NCBI GenBank assembly: GCA_045638465.1
Contig: JAZUBK010000043.1
Location: forward strand, 8,416 to 72,415
DNA length: 64,000 nt
Source: Clostridia bacterium
Lineage (GTDB): Bacteria > Bacillota > Clostridia > Christensenellales > UBA1242
Direction: 5' to 3'
Position 1 is the first letter of the stretch, and each line of letters begins with the position of its first letter. The notes beneath the pieces were generated by a model that did no database searches, was not told the DNA's origin, and saw nothing but the letters and a program-made list of their open reading frames with translations. Below, in pieces: positions 17,884 to 27,697 of the stretch. Made by a program: the position numbers and the translations under genes.

Positions 17884-20034
17884 ATGATAAAAGTAATCAA
17901 AAAAGACGGAACTAGAGAAGAATACAACGTAGAAAAGGTTATTGCAGCGATTTCTAAGAGCGCATCAAGAGCACTTATTACCTTTAATGATGCAGAGCTT
18001 GACAGAATCAGAAATTTTGTTAACAACGAAGTAAAAAATCTTGGCATCAAAGAAATTCCTATTCCTACAATGCACAATATTGTAGAAAAGGCCCTAGAGA
18101 GCGTAGACGACAGAGTTGCAAAATCTTATAAAGACTATCGTAACTATCGTCAAGACTTTGTAAAAATGCTAGATAACGTATACCAAAAAGTTCAAAGCAT
18201 CGACTTTATAGGAGATAGAAGTAACGCAAATACTGACAGCACACTAGTATCTACAAAAAGATGTCTTGGCTGGAACGAACTAAACGGTGAGTTTTATAAA
18301 AAGTTCTTCTTGATGCCAGAAGAAAGACAAGCGATGAAAGAAGGATATATCTATATCCACGATAGAAGCGCAAGACTAGATACATATAACTGCTGTTTGT
18401 TTGACCTTGCTACTGTTTTAGATGGTGGTTTTGAACTAGGCAATATCAAATATACAGAGCCTACTACACTTGCTATTTGCTTTAACGTAATAGGTGACGT
18501 TATTATGGCGGCTGCTTCTCAACAATATGGCGGATTTACTTTGCCAGAAATTGACAAAACACTTAGCAAATACGCAGAAAAAAGCTACAAAAAATATTGT
18601 GATGAATATTCAAAAATAGTTGCTGATTTTGGCTCTACTCTACCTAAAAAAGACCTAGAGGCAAAAACTAAAGAATATGCATACAACAAAGTAAAAAGAG
18701 ATTTTGAGCAAGGTTTCCAAGCTCTAGAATACAAACTAAACACTGTAGGATCATCTCGCGGTGACTATCCATTTGTTGCCTTTACGTTTGGTCTTGGCGG
18801 TAGCGATTTTGAAAAGATGGCTACTAAAGCTATGCTAAAAGTAAGAGCTGGTGGTCAAGGTGCTCCAGGATTTAAAAAAGCTGTATTGTTCCCTAAACTT
18901 ATTTTCCTTTATGACGAAAACGTACACGGCAAAGGAAAATGCCTAGAAGATTTGTTTGATGCAGCAGTTGAATGCTCAAGACACGCTCAATACCCAGACT
19001 ATCTATCACTAAGCGGCGAAGGTTATATCGCTGATATGTACAAAACATACGGCAGGGTTATCTCTCCTATGGGTTGCAGAGCTTTCCTTTCTCCATACTG
19101 GGAAAAAGGTGGACAAAAGAAATGTGGCGACGACGACAAACCTGTATTTGTAGGTAGATTTAACGGCGGCGCTATCACACTTAACCTTCCTATGATATTT
19201 ATGAAGGCAAAAACTTCTGGAAGAGATTTCTTTGAAGTTTACCACGAATATCTAGAAATGATCAGACACTTACACAAGAGAACTAAAGATTTCCTTGGAA
19301 AACTAAAAGCTTCAAAAAGCCCACTTGCCTTTATGGAAGGAGGCCTTTACAAAGGTAAACTAAAAGCTAACGACTCTATTGCTCCACTACTTGATTATGT
19401 AACATTTAGCTTTGGTTATACAGCTCTAAACGAAGTACAAAGACTATACAACGGAAAATCAATCGTTGAAGATGGCGAATTTGCCCTAGAGGTAATGAGA
19501 TATCTTAACGAATATGTAAACAAAATCAAAGAAGAAGACAAAATCCTTTATGCAATCTACGGAACACCAGGCGAAAGCTTGATACCACTTCAAGTAAAAC
19601 AATTTAGAGCGGTTTATGGCATCATCGAAGGTGTTTCTGATAAAGACTACTTTACAAATAGTTTCCACTGCCACGTAGGTGAAAAAATCTCTGCTATCCA
19701 AAAACAAGACGCAGAAAAAAGATTCTGGGAACTATCAAACGGCGGAAAAATCACTTATACAAAATACCCTATCGATTACAACACTGAGGCTTTGAAAGCA
19801 GTAATCAGACGTGGTATGGCTATGGGCTTTTATCAAGGCGTAAATATGGATAAATGCTATTGCGAAGATTGTGGTTACGAACAACTAGACATGACAAAAT
19901 GTCCAAAGTGCGGTAGCGAAAACATAACAGAGGTAAACAGAGTATGCGGATACCTTGGTTATTCTAAAGTAAAAGGCAGAAGCTTTATGAACGACGGCAA
20001 ACTAGCCGAAATCAAAGATAGAGTTTCTATGTAG
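17884..20034 (+). CDS. nrdD: Anaerobic (class III) ribonucleoside-triphosphate reductase
   Basis: ORF 17857..20034. Preferred start is ATG 17884 behind GGAGGAA. N-terminal ATP-cone (MIKVIKKDGTREEY), C-terminal Zn ribbon CEDCG...CPKCG and glycyl-radical motif RVCGYLG. Confidence 0.9.
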   Translation: MIKVIKKDGTREEYNVEKVIAAISKSASRALITFNDAELDRIRNFVNNEVKNLGIKEIPIPTMHNIVEKALESVDDRVAKSYKDYRNYRQDFVKMLDNVYQKVQSIDFIGDRSNANTDSTLVSTKRCLGWNELNGEFYKKFFLMPEERQAMKEGYIYIHDRSARLDTYNCCLFDLATVLDGGFELGNIKYTEPTTLAICFNVIGDVIMAAASQQYGGFTLPEIDKTLSKYAEKSYKKYCDEYSKIVADFGSTLPKKDLEAKTKEYAYNKVKRDFEQGFQALEYKLNTVGSSRGDYPFVAFTFGLGGSDFEKMATKAMLKVRAGGQGAPGFKKAVLFPKLIFLYDENVHGKGKCLEDLFDAAVECSRHAQYPDYLSLSGEGYIADMYKTYGRVISPMGCRAFLSPYWEKGGQKKCGDDDKPVFVGRFNGGAITLNLPMIFMKAKTSGRDFFEVYHEYLEMIRHLHKRTKDFLGKLKASKSPLAFMEGGLYKGKLKANDSIAPLLDYVTFSFGYTALNEVQRLYNGKSIVEDGEFALEVMRYLNEYVNKIKEEDKILYAIYGTPGESLIPLQVKQFRAVYGIIEGVSDKDYFTNSFHCHVGEKISAIQKQDAEKRFWELSNGGKITYTKYPIDYNTEALKAVIRRGMAMGFYQGVNMDKCYCEDCGYEQLDMTKCPKCGSENITEVNRVCGYLGYSKVKGRSFMNDGKLAEIKDRVSM

Positions 20035-20044
20035 GAGAAGTATT

Positions 20045-20545
20045 ATGAATTATTACAGCATAACAAAAAACGATATGGTAAACGGAGATGGACTTAGAGT
20101 AGTTCTTTGGGTTGCTGGTTGCGACCACTGTTGCGATGGTTGTCACAACTCATATACTTGGGACAAAAACTCTGGCCTAAAATTTGACGATAGCGCAAAA
20201 AAAGAAATCTTTGACGAACTAGATAAAGACTGGGTTTCTGGTATTACATTTAGCGGTGGAGATCCTTTCCTTTGCGACAATAGAGAAACAGTAACAAACT
20301 TTATTGGCGAAATCGCTGAAAAGTACCCAAACAAAACAATCTGGCTATATACTGGCTTTACTTGGGAAGAAATAAACAACTTGCCAAACATCGACAAAAT
20401 TGATGTGCTAGTTGATGGCGAATTTGTAAGAAAGCTAAAAGTTCCAAAACTAAAATGGAAAGGTAGCTCTAACCAAAGAGTAATCGATGTAAAACAAACT
20501 CTAAACAAAGGTTATATCGTTCTTCATACTACAGATGAAGAGTAA
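20045..20545 (+). CDS. nrdG: Anaerobic RNR activating protein (radical SAM)
   Basis: 166 aa. GCDHCCDGCHN cluster motif. Immediately downstream of nrdD. Confidence 0.85.
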   Translation: MNYYSITKNDMVNGDGLRVVLWVAGCDHCCDGCHNSYTWDKNSGLKFDDSAKKEIFDELDKDWVSGITFSGGDPFLCDNRETVTNFIGEIAEKYPNKTIWLYTGFTWEEINNLPNIDKIDVLVDGEFVRKLKVPKLKWKGSSNQRVIDVKQTLNKGYIVLHTTDEE

Positions 20546-20580
20546 AATATATAACAAACCCCTATTTCTATCAAAAAAAA

Positions 20581-20612
20581 CTACTGGATAAAATGTCCAG
20601 TAGTTTTTTTTA
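20581..20612. terminator. Bidirectional intrinsic terminator
   Basis: Stem ctactgga (20581-20588) / tccagtag (20596-20603), flanked by an A-run and a T-run. Confidence 0.75.
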
Positions 20613-20629
20613 TTTTATATTAAAGTTTT

Positions 20630-21781
20630 TTAAACCAAACACAAAATACCAAAAATCAAAGCTACAGCACCTACGATTATTAGGTTTCTTATCAACTTCT
20701 TTTTGTTTTTTGCCATTTTAATTTCTACAAATTTTTTCTTTAGATTTTTTATACCATTTGTATGTTCTGTTTCCGCCTCTTTTGCTTTGTTTGAAAGCTC
20801 TTCTTTGTTTATGTTTTCAACTTTTATTTTGTTTGTTCTTATTTTGTCAACAAACATTTTTAGTGCCTTTATCTTTGAATCTATTTTATTCATATTTTCA
20901 ACAATACAATCTGCAATAACATCTTGCATCGCAGTAAGCTCGTCTATATCAGAAAATTTCATTTGAGTAAACCAATAAGCATTGTTTTTGTTAAATGTAA
21001 TTTTAAAATCTGCAGAAGTTTCGTCTTCGTTAAAATATGTAATATCAATATCATAAAAAGCTGGTTTATCAATAGAAACTGATTCTTCACTATCTACCCC
21101 CACACCAAATATTCCACCAAGCAAAAGACCTACTTTTGGTTTTCTTGTGGTCTTTATATCTCCACCATTATTAGAAAATTTGATATCAATTAGGTTTTCT
21201 ATAGGACAAACAAATTGCTCTGCTCCATCATACCAAAAACCAAAAGTTTTGTTTTTGTCATCAGTAAAGAAAGCAACACATGCGTCTGGGTGTGGCATCA
21301 ACCAACTATAACCTTTTGAATCTAGGTATTCTATCATTTTCTTTTTGTTTGTTTCAAAGGTATTAGTAGCTAATTCTTTGTCTAGATTCAACACATCAAT
21401 TTGTATAGGATTTCTAGCAAGGATTCCTTTTTCTTCTACTTCATCATATTCGTCTTTTGGAAAAATACCGTGGTCTTCATCTGCCTTCTCCCAGCTAAGT
21501 TCTTTGCCACTATTAAATACTGCTCTATATTTTATGTCAGTACTTATTATATCTTTTGGCACGTCATCCACTTTTGTAACATCAATATTTTCGTCAAGCA
21601 AATAATCAAAAGACACCCCTAGTATTTTTGCCATTTTTTGAATCTTAGCAATATCTGGTTGAGACTCTCCTGTTTCCCATTTGTAAACAGATTGTCTAGA
21701 TACGTCAAGTTCATTGGCTAGGTCTTCTTGAGATAGACCACATCTTTTTCTTAGTATTGGTAACTTGTCACCTATTTTCAT
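20630..21781 (-). CDS. XRE-family HTH protein with a large unknown central domain, coiled-coil-like region and C-terminal tail anchor
   Basis: ORF 20630..21835. Preferred start is ATG 21781 (RBS AAGGAGA). LRKRCGLSQEDLANELDVSRQSVYKWETGESQP is a classic XRE HTH. The last ~22 residues, IIVGAVALIFGILCLV, are hydrophobic. Confidence 0.7.
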   Translation of the reverse strand: MKIGDKLPILRKRCGLSQEDLANELDVSRQSVYKWETGESQPDIAKIQKMAKILGVSFDYLLDENIDVTKVDDVPKDIISTDIKYRAVFNSGKELSWEKADEDHGIFPKDEYDEVEEKGILARNPIQIDVLNLDKELATNTFETNKKKMIEYLDSKGYSWLMPHPDACVAFFTDDKNKTFGFWYDGAEQFVCPIENLIDIKFSNNGGDIKTTRKPKVGLLLGGIFGVGVDSEESVSIDKPAFYDIDITYFNEDETSADFKITFNKNNAYWFTQMKFSDIDELTAMQDVIADCIVENMNKIDSKIKALKMFVDKIRTNKIKVENINKEELSNKAKEAETEHTNGIKNLKKKFVEIKMAKNKKKLIRNLIIVGAVALIFGILCLV

Positions 21782-21874
21782 ATTTTTATCTCCTTTGTTT
21801 GTACTTGTATCTCTGTACTGACTACATTTTAGCAAACAAGTTTATATTTGTTCAACAACCTACACTTTGCATTT

Positions 21875-21893
21875 TGTAAACTAGCAGTTTACA
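21875..21893. promoter_or_regulatory. Perfect inverted repeat TGTAAAC-N5-GTTTACA upstream of the XRE gene (candidate operator)
   Basis: TGTAAAC 21875-21881 and GTTTACA 21887-21893, about 95-110 nt upstream of the start at 21781. The same heptamer recurs at 21968, 21989 and 22003. Confidence 0.4.
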
Positions 21894-21966
21894 TTTTCCA
21901 ATTTTTACCAAAAAATCCCGAAAAATAGGCGTTTTTTTGAAGTTGTTTTTTGCGTTTTATTGCAAA

Positions 21967-21996
21967 ATGTAAACCGCAAGTTCTCTTGGTTTACAT
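21967..21996 (-). terminator. Possible terminator hairpin downstream of the exonuclease gene
   Basis: Stem atgtaaacc (21967-21975) / ggtttacat (21988-21996). The U-tract on the minus strand is short. Confidence 0.35.
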
Positions 21997-22004
21997 TTTG
22001 TAGT

Positions 22005-22589
22005 TTACATATATTTGTCGGCTTTTGTTATATATTTTCGAATATTTCTTCCGTTGATATCTAGCTTTTTTAACAAGCATTTTGCAACGAGCATTGTAAT
22101 CTCCGCATCGTCACTGCTTTTGTGGGCGGCAAGGTGTGATATATCTATCTCTAGGCTTTGGGCAAGTTTTTTAAGGCCCATTGGGTTTTTGTCGCCGCTA
22201 TATTTTTTGTATATATCTTGCACTTCAAACAATTTTACATTATCATCAATTATTAATTCTTTGTTATATCTTTTGCTTTCGCTATTTACATAAGCTACAT
22301 CATTGATAAGTCCATAACCAAAGACTATCGTTTGGCTGTCTTGAATTAAATTTTTTATCTTTTCGTAATATTTGTCAAAAGTCGGATTTGCTCTGATTTG
22401 GTCTAGCGGATATTTTACTATTTTGTTAAGAGCCCACTTGTCTAGTTCACTATCTTGAAGATTAGGATTGATTATTATATCTTCTTTTTGCAAGATATTA
22501 AATCTGTTATCAGTAAGCACATACCCAAAGGTGCAAATTGTCTTGTGCGCCCTATCTATAGATTCTATATCAAAAAATAAATAGTTCAT
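22005..22589 (-). CDS. DEDDh-type 3'-5' exonuclease (DnaQ-like) domain protein
   Basis: 194 aa. FFDIES (Exo I D-x-E), mid-protein NDV, C-terminal HKSSDDAE (H-x4-D). Confidence 0.6.
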   Translation of the reverse strand: MNYLFFDIESIDRAHKTICTFGYVLTDNRFNILQKEDIIINPNLQDSELDKWALNKIVKYPLDQIRANPTFDKYYEKIKNLIQDSQTIVFGYGLINDVAYVNSESKRYNKELIIDDNVKLFEVQDIYKKYSGDKNPMGLKKLAQSLEIDISHLAAHKSSDDAEITMLVAKCLLKKLDINGRNIRKYITKADKYM

Positions 22590-22622
22590 TTGGTCTTCCT
22601 TTTTTTGTATAGTAAAAAGTTA

Positions 22623-23654
22623 TTACCACTTATTAATTACTTTTTCAGCAAAAGCCATAAAGTCTTTTAATTCAACCTTTGTGCCGTCATCAAGTATCAT
22701 AGTTCCATTAAACTTACCAAAGACTTGGTGTTGATTTGAGTATATGACTACAACTGAAGTGAAAGACTTTCTGTCGATGACTGGTGTAAAATTCATTTCA
22801 AACCTACCGTCACTTGATGTAAATGTCCAAGGGCTCATATAGTCATCTTTTCCATCTTTTGTTTTTGGAATATTAAATGTTACGTTTTCTATTTTGTGGG
22901 CTACCCCATCGTAGAAAATCATATTTTCACTAGCAGCACTAGTATCACCAAAGCCATAACCAATATTAAAGCCAACTTTGTGGCCATTACAAGTGCCACA
23001 TCCTGCACCCCAGTACCATGTATTGCTATAAGTCCAAACACCTCTACCCCAGTCTAGTATTGCTTGGGTATTTTTGTCGCTAAATTTAATTTCACTATCT
23101 CCAAGTTTTGCAAAACCTTTTGCCTTCATACCAACAATTTTTTGGTTGTAATAAAAGTGTTTGTCTTTGTCAAATGGGGTTGCAATAACCATACTATCTT
23201 TTGGTTCGTCTGTTAGTGTAAATTCTACCGATAAATCTTTATCTTCACTAAACTTTTTGAAAAGGGCAGATAATTTGCGTTTTTTACCGTCGTTTAGAAA
23301 TTCAAAAAAGCCTTGTTTGTTTTCAAACCTCACATCTCCTATTTTGCTAGTTGATGGAAGGTTTGTTTTGCCTTTTGGCATAAGTGTCATTATTGACTTT
23401 GTAGTTTCGGTAGGAGCGTTAAAATCAATCAACGATAAACTCATAAGTCCCATATAACTATTGTCTGCAATCGTAAGTGCAACAGCATAATCGTCATTAT
23501 AGATAAGGTAATAATCCCACTCTTTGATTCTTAGTTTTCCTGCTTTGATATCTTTTCTATCGTAGTCCAAGATTAGGCTTTTTGCATAGCCTTTTTGAGT
23601 CAGGTTTCCTTTCTCGTCCAAAAGTTTTTGTTTTTTTGTTATTTCGTTTTGCAT
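22623..23654 (-). CDS. DUF2804-family protein
   Basis: 343 aa. LLDEKGNLTQKGYAK...RIKEWDYYLI...ALTIADNSYMGL matches the DUF2804 N-terminal pattern from memory. 33 nt upstream of the exonuclease gene. Confidence 0.55.
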   Translation of the reverse strand: MQNEITKKQKLLDEKGNLTQKGYAKSLILDYDRKDIKAGKLRIKEWDYYLIYNDDYAVALTIADNSYMGLMSLSLIDFNAPTETTKSIMTLMPKGKTNLPSTSKIGDVRFENKQGFFEFLNDGKKRKLSALFKKFSEDKDLSVEFTLTDEPKDSMVIATPFDKDKHFYYNQKIVGMKAKGFAKLGDSEIKFSDKNTQAILDWGRGVWTYSNTWYWGAGCGTCNGHKVGFNIGYGFGDTSAASENMIFYDGVAHKIENVTFNIPKTKDGKDDYMSPWTFTSSDGRFEMNFTPVIDRKSFTSVVVIYSNQHQVFGKFNGTMILDDGTKVELKDFMAFAEKVINKW

Positions 23655-23768
23655 AATTTTCCCCCCCCTTCTTTTTTTATTATTTTAGCACCATTTTGGT
23701 TTTATTCAAAATTGATTATATTACTTTTTTGCATATAAAATTTTTCTATGCCATTTACATTATTAAAA

Positions 23769-23803
23769 CAAAAAAAGATGGATAAACTTTTATCCATCTT
23801 TTT
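23769..23803 (-). terminator. Intrinsic terminator downstream of lipoprotein gene
   Basis: Stem agatggataa / ttatccatct with a 4-nt loop, flanked by an A-run and a T-run. Confidence 0.7.
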
Positions 23804-23810
23804 GTATTTA

Positions 23811-25259
23811 TTATAAAGTAACAACTGTGTCGTTTTCTGATCTTACATTTGATAGTGCTGTAGAGAATACAACATTACCTTTTACAGTAGCTGTACCGTA
23901 AGAGATTTTTTCTGCGCCATTTGCTGCGGTAGAAAATTCATAAATTCCACGGCCATAAGCTGAACTAATAAATCCACCGTTTAGTTCTACTGTAAGAACT
24001 TTTTGATAGCTACCGTTACAAGAGTCAATATTTATACCGCTACCTGTACTTATTGCTCCGCTGCCATTATATGCTGGTGCTGAGTATGCGCCATTTGCAA
24101 AGAATAAACAATTATTAAAGATATGTTTTCCGCTTTTTGCGTAATATCCATCTGCGCCAGTAAATTCACAGTTTGTATATTCATATGTGTAGTTTGATGT
24201 AAGGTAAGCACCAAATCCATAACTTTCTGTTCCGATAAATCTAGAATCTATAGCGTTAATTTTTACTGTAGCAGTTTCTGCAGTTCCATTAGTGTAGATT
24301 CCACCAAAACGGCCTTTCAAAGTTGCGTTGACAATATTGATGTTCCAATTGTCTTGACCCCATACATATAAACCGAAGTCTGATTCGCTACTTCCAAGGC
24401 AACCTGTTCTGCCTACGCTAGAGTCTGTGATTGTAACATCTAATGTGTTGTTTACAGAACTGATTGTTCCATTTGGATTTTTTACATAAGAGAAAAAGTC
24501 TAATTCTGATTCTAATACGTGTCCATTAAGGTCTAGCACAAATTCGTATGCTTCTCTGCCCTCTGTTACAGTATCAAATCTGATATCACCAAGGTATCCG
24601 TCTGCTTTTTCGATATCTTGAGATAGTTTTACATAGTTAGAATATTCAAAAGCCTCAAGCAAAGCTTCTTTTGATGCTACACTTGCAATAATGTCGCCAT
24701 TATTTATAATGCTATTTGCCTTTCCACCAATGTTTTTCTTTGTGTGGATAGTGCCGTTGTTTACGATGTCACCATAGTTTAGTAGTGTATAATCTGCAAA
24801 GTCAACTGTCTTGCCATTGTCGATTGTAACAGTAGCGCCATAAGGAATAGTAATATCCTCTTGCAAAACAACTGCTCTATAGTTAGAACTTCTCAAAGCA
24901 GAATCCATCTCTCCATAAGTGTCAACATATGAAACCCCAGGGGTGATTGTAAAGTTTAGTTCTAGTCTACCTACTAATTCTTGAGTTTCTCTTGCAGCCC
25001 AAACAACTACTGATGCAGTACCTGCATTTCTGTTATCATAATATTTTACTTCGTACTCACTGCTATCAATTACTTCGCCTTGATATGTGATTCTTACTTC
25101 TGGTTGCTTTTCTGTGCCATCATATTCTACTTCTGTATAACTCAAAGTTACAGTAGCATCATTGATATTGATTGGCTCTGTGCTGTCACAAGCAGTAAAA
25201 ATACCTGCCATAGGAACTACTAAAAGACCAGCCAAAAGACCTTTTGTTATTTTTTTCAT
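23811..25259 (-). CDS. Surface lipoprotein with an N-terminal MBG/YDG-type Ig-like domain and a beta-helix-like body
   Basis: 482 aa. Lipobox AGIFTAC. YDGTEKQPEV...SEYEVKYYDNRNAGTASVVV is an MBG-like pattern. The rest is Gly/Asn/Thr-rich and repetitive. Confidence 0.6.
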   Translation of the reverse strand: MKKITKGLLAGLLVVPMAGIFTACDSTEPININDATVTLSYTEVEYDGTEKQPEVRITYQGEVIDSSEYEVKYYDNRNAGTASVVVWAARETQELVGRLELNFTITPGVSYVDTYGEMDSALRSSNYRAVVLQEDITIPYGATVTIDNGKTVDFADYTLLNYGDIVNNGTIHTKKNIGGKANSIINNGDIIASVASKEALLEAFEYSNYVKLSQDIEKADGYLGDIRFDTVTEGREAYEFVLDLNGHVLESELDFFSYVKNPNGTISSVNNTLDVTITDSSVGRTGCLGSSESDFGLYVWGQDNWNINIVNATLKGRFGGIYTNGTAETATVKINAIDSRFIGTESYGFGAYLTSNYTYEYTNCEFTGADGYYAKSGKHIFNNCLFFANGAYSAPAYNGSGAISTGSGINIDSCNGSYQKVLTVELNGGFISSAYGRGIYEFSTAANGAEKISYGTATVKGNVVFSTALSNVRSENDTVVTL

Positions 25260-25512
25260 ATTCCCTCCTTATGTATAAAAACATAATAACCATTTTTATT
25301 ATATTACAACATATGCGATATGTCAATATATATAATTATTCACCGCAAAATTGCCTAAAATATACGCTAAAATGTGCTGTTTTTTGCAATATAATATTAT
25401 GTAATAAAAACTTTATTTCCAAACAAAAAATTTTGCAACAAAATCGACAAAAATTGCTTTTGTAAACTTTGCCTTTGAGATATAATACTTACATATAGGA
25501 GGGAGAAATTAA

Positions 25513-26874
25513 ATGGATACAAATTTGTGGGAAACATATGACCAAAAACAAAGACAACAATTAGAGGCTTTTTGCGGTGAATACAAAGATTTTTTGAGCA
25601 ACTGCAAAACTGAAAGAGAGTGTATAAAATACGCAGTGATAGAGGCCGAAAAAAGAGGCTTTAGATCACTAAAGTATTTGCTGGAAAAAGGCGAAACACT
25701 AAAGTGTGGTGATAAAGTTTATTCTGTTAATATGGATAAATCTATTGTGCTTTTTGTCGTAGGAAAAAGACCTATCGAACAAGGCATCAATATAGTAGGA
25801 GCTCACATTGATTCACCAAGGCTAGACCTAAAGGCAAAGCCACTATACGAAAGTAATGGTTTTTGCATGGTAGACACACATTATTATGGCGGCATAAAAA
25901 AATACCAATGGACTTGTCTTCCACTTGCTATCCATGGAGTTATCTTCCGTAAAGATGGCAGCAAAGTGGAGGTTGTCTTTGGCGAAAATGATGACAACTC
26001 TGTTGCAATTTCAGATCTTTTACCACACCTTGACAAAGATTCTGCAAAAGAAATAAAGGGCGAAGATCTAAACCTTCTTGCTGGAAACAAAGCAGACAAA
26101 GACGCAAAAGATAACAAATTCAAAGCTTTTATTTTGAACATACTAAAAGAAAAGAACATCTCCGAAGAAGACTTTTTCTCTGCAGAACTTGAAGTTGTGC
26201 CATCTGGCAGAGCAAGAGATTGTGGTATAGATAAATCTATGATTATAGGCTATGGCCATGACGATAGAGTTTGTACCTTTGCCAACCTAAAAGCTTTGTT
26301 TGAAACCGAAAATCCAGAGTATTCTGTAATGAGTTTGCTTGTGGACAAAGAAGAAATAGGCAGCGTAGGTGCTACAGGTATGCACAGCAAGGCCTTTGAA
26401 AATAGCGTCGCTGAGATAATGAACCTATGTGGTCAATATAACGAACTTGCCCTAAGAAGAGCTTTTAATCGTTCAAACTGCATATCAAGTGACGTAACTG
26501 CAGCGGTTGACCCTAACTACCCAGCACCTTTTAACGTGGCAACTGACGCACACTTTGCCAAAGGTATCAGCTTTAACAAATTTACTGGCGCTAGGGGAAA
26601 ATCTGGTGCAAACGACGCAAACCCAGAATTTATCGCAACACTTAGAGATTGCCTAGACAAAAACAACGTAACATACCAAGCAACCGAAATGGGAAAAGTT
26701 GACCAAGGCGGTGGCGGAACTATTGCATATATTATGGCAAAACATGGTATGAACGTAATTGATGCTGGTGTTCCTGTACTAAATATGCACTCTCCTTGGG
26801 AAATAATCAGCAAGGCAGATTTATTTGAAACATATAAGTGCTACAAAGCCTTCTACAAAATGGACATAAAATAA
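25513..26874 (+). CDS. M18-family aminopeptidase
   Basis: 453 aa. GAHIDSPRLDLK, GYGHDDRVC, VDKEEIGS, MHSPWE are M18/M42-type metal-ligand motifs. Confidence 0.8.
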   Translation: MDTNLWETYDQKQRQQLEAFCGEYKDFLSNCKTERECIKYAVIEAEKRGFRSLKYLLEKGETLKCGDKVYSVNMDKSIVLFVVGKRPIEQGINIVGAHIDSPRLDLKAKPLYESNGFCMVDTHYYGGIKKYQWTCLPLAIHGVIFRKDGSKVEVVFGENDDNSVAISDLLPHLDKDSAKEIKGEDLNLLAGNKADKDAKDNKFKAFILNILKEKNISEEDFFSAELEVVPSGRARDCGIDKSMIIGYGHDDRVCTFANLKALFETENPEYSVMSLLVDKEEIGSVGATGMHSKAFENSVAEIMNLCGQYNELALRRAFNRSNCISSDVTAAVDPNYPAPFNVATDAHFAKGISFNKFTGARGKSGANDANPEFIATLRDCLDKNNVTYQATEMGKVDQGGGGTIAYIMAKHGMNVIDAGVPVLNMHSPWEIISKADLFETYKCYKAFYKMDIK

Positions 26875-26885
26875 GACAACAAAAA

Positions 26886-26913
26886 ACGGCTAAAATATTT
26901 TAGTCGTTTTTTT
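26886..26913 (+). terminator. Intrinsic terminator
   Basis: Stem acggctaaaa / ttttagtcgt (one G-U pair) followed by a T-run. Confidence 0.65.
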
Positions 26914-26983
26914 ACTTTCGTTTTTTAATAAAAATTTTTTTGCAAAATAAAAAACCCGCTTTTCCAAAACGGGTTTTTATTTT

Positions 26984-27691
26984 TTATATAAAGAAGATTG
27001 CAAACATAATTAGTATTTGTGCTAGATAGTATAATACATAGTTTGTAGTTGTTGTAAGTTTGTTCTTTTGACCACCAAAGTAAATCATAGAAAGTACTAG
27101 ATCTGAAAGTAAAAACAAAGTAAAGCCGACAGCTAGTAATACACTAAACAAACTTCCGCCAAGCATAATTGCACCGGCGATTGATTGCACCATAGTAGTA
27201 CAAAGCATAAATGCATAAACTATGCTAGGAATTAATAATTTGCCAAACTTTAGTTTCATAAGTTTGATAGCTACTACAAATATACCTGCAGTAAGCACTG
27301 CTGCAATTATTATTGACCAATAACTAAATGGAGCGATAAGTATAAGCGCTACAAAGTAGAATATATGACCAATAGCAAAAGCAATTTCGCCACTTAGGAT
27401 AATCATAAAGTCTTTTTCGGTGTCTATTTCTCTTAAAGCTAACACGCCGTCACCAACTAAACCAAATCCTGCACCCGCAAGGAATAGTAGCCCTACTATC
27501 GAAGTGCCATAAGTCATACTCTCGGCAGTAGCAAAACCTACAATGCCAAGCAAAACAAATGCAATACTTGCAAACAATTTTAATATGCAAGACAATACAC
27601 CATTGCCTAGTGTAAAGAAAACTATAAAGTTAATCGCAAGTAAAATCGCAAAACTCAAAGCAAAATAAACTAACATATTATATCCCTCCAA
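26984..27691 (-). CDS. Polytopic membrane protein, YhhN (lysoplasmalogenase)-like
   Basis: 235 aa, about 8 helices. LVGDGVLAL and AIGHIFYF resemble YhhN-family motifs. 6 nt downstream of the TetR gene. The alternative start at 27676 is equally possible. Confidence 0.45.
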   Translation of the reverse strand: MEGYNMLVYFALSFAILLAINFIVFFTLGNGVLSCILKLFASIAFVLLGIVGFATAESMTYGTSIVGLLFLAGAGFGLVGDGVLALREIDTEKDFMIILSGEIAFAIGHIFYFVALILIAPFSYWSIIIAAVLTAGIFVVAIKLMKLKFGKLLIPSIVYAFMLCTTMVQSIAGAIMLGGSLFSVLLAVGFTLFLLSDLVLSMIYFGGQKNKLTTTTNYVLYYLAQILIMFAIFFI

Positions 27692-27697
27692 AATTTA

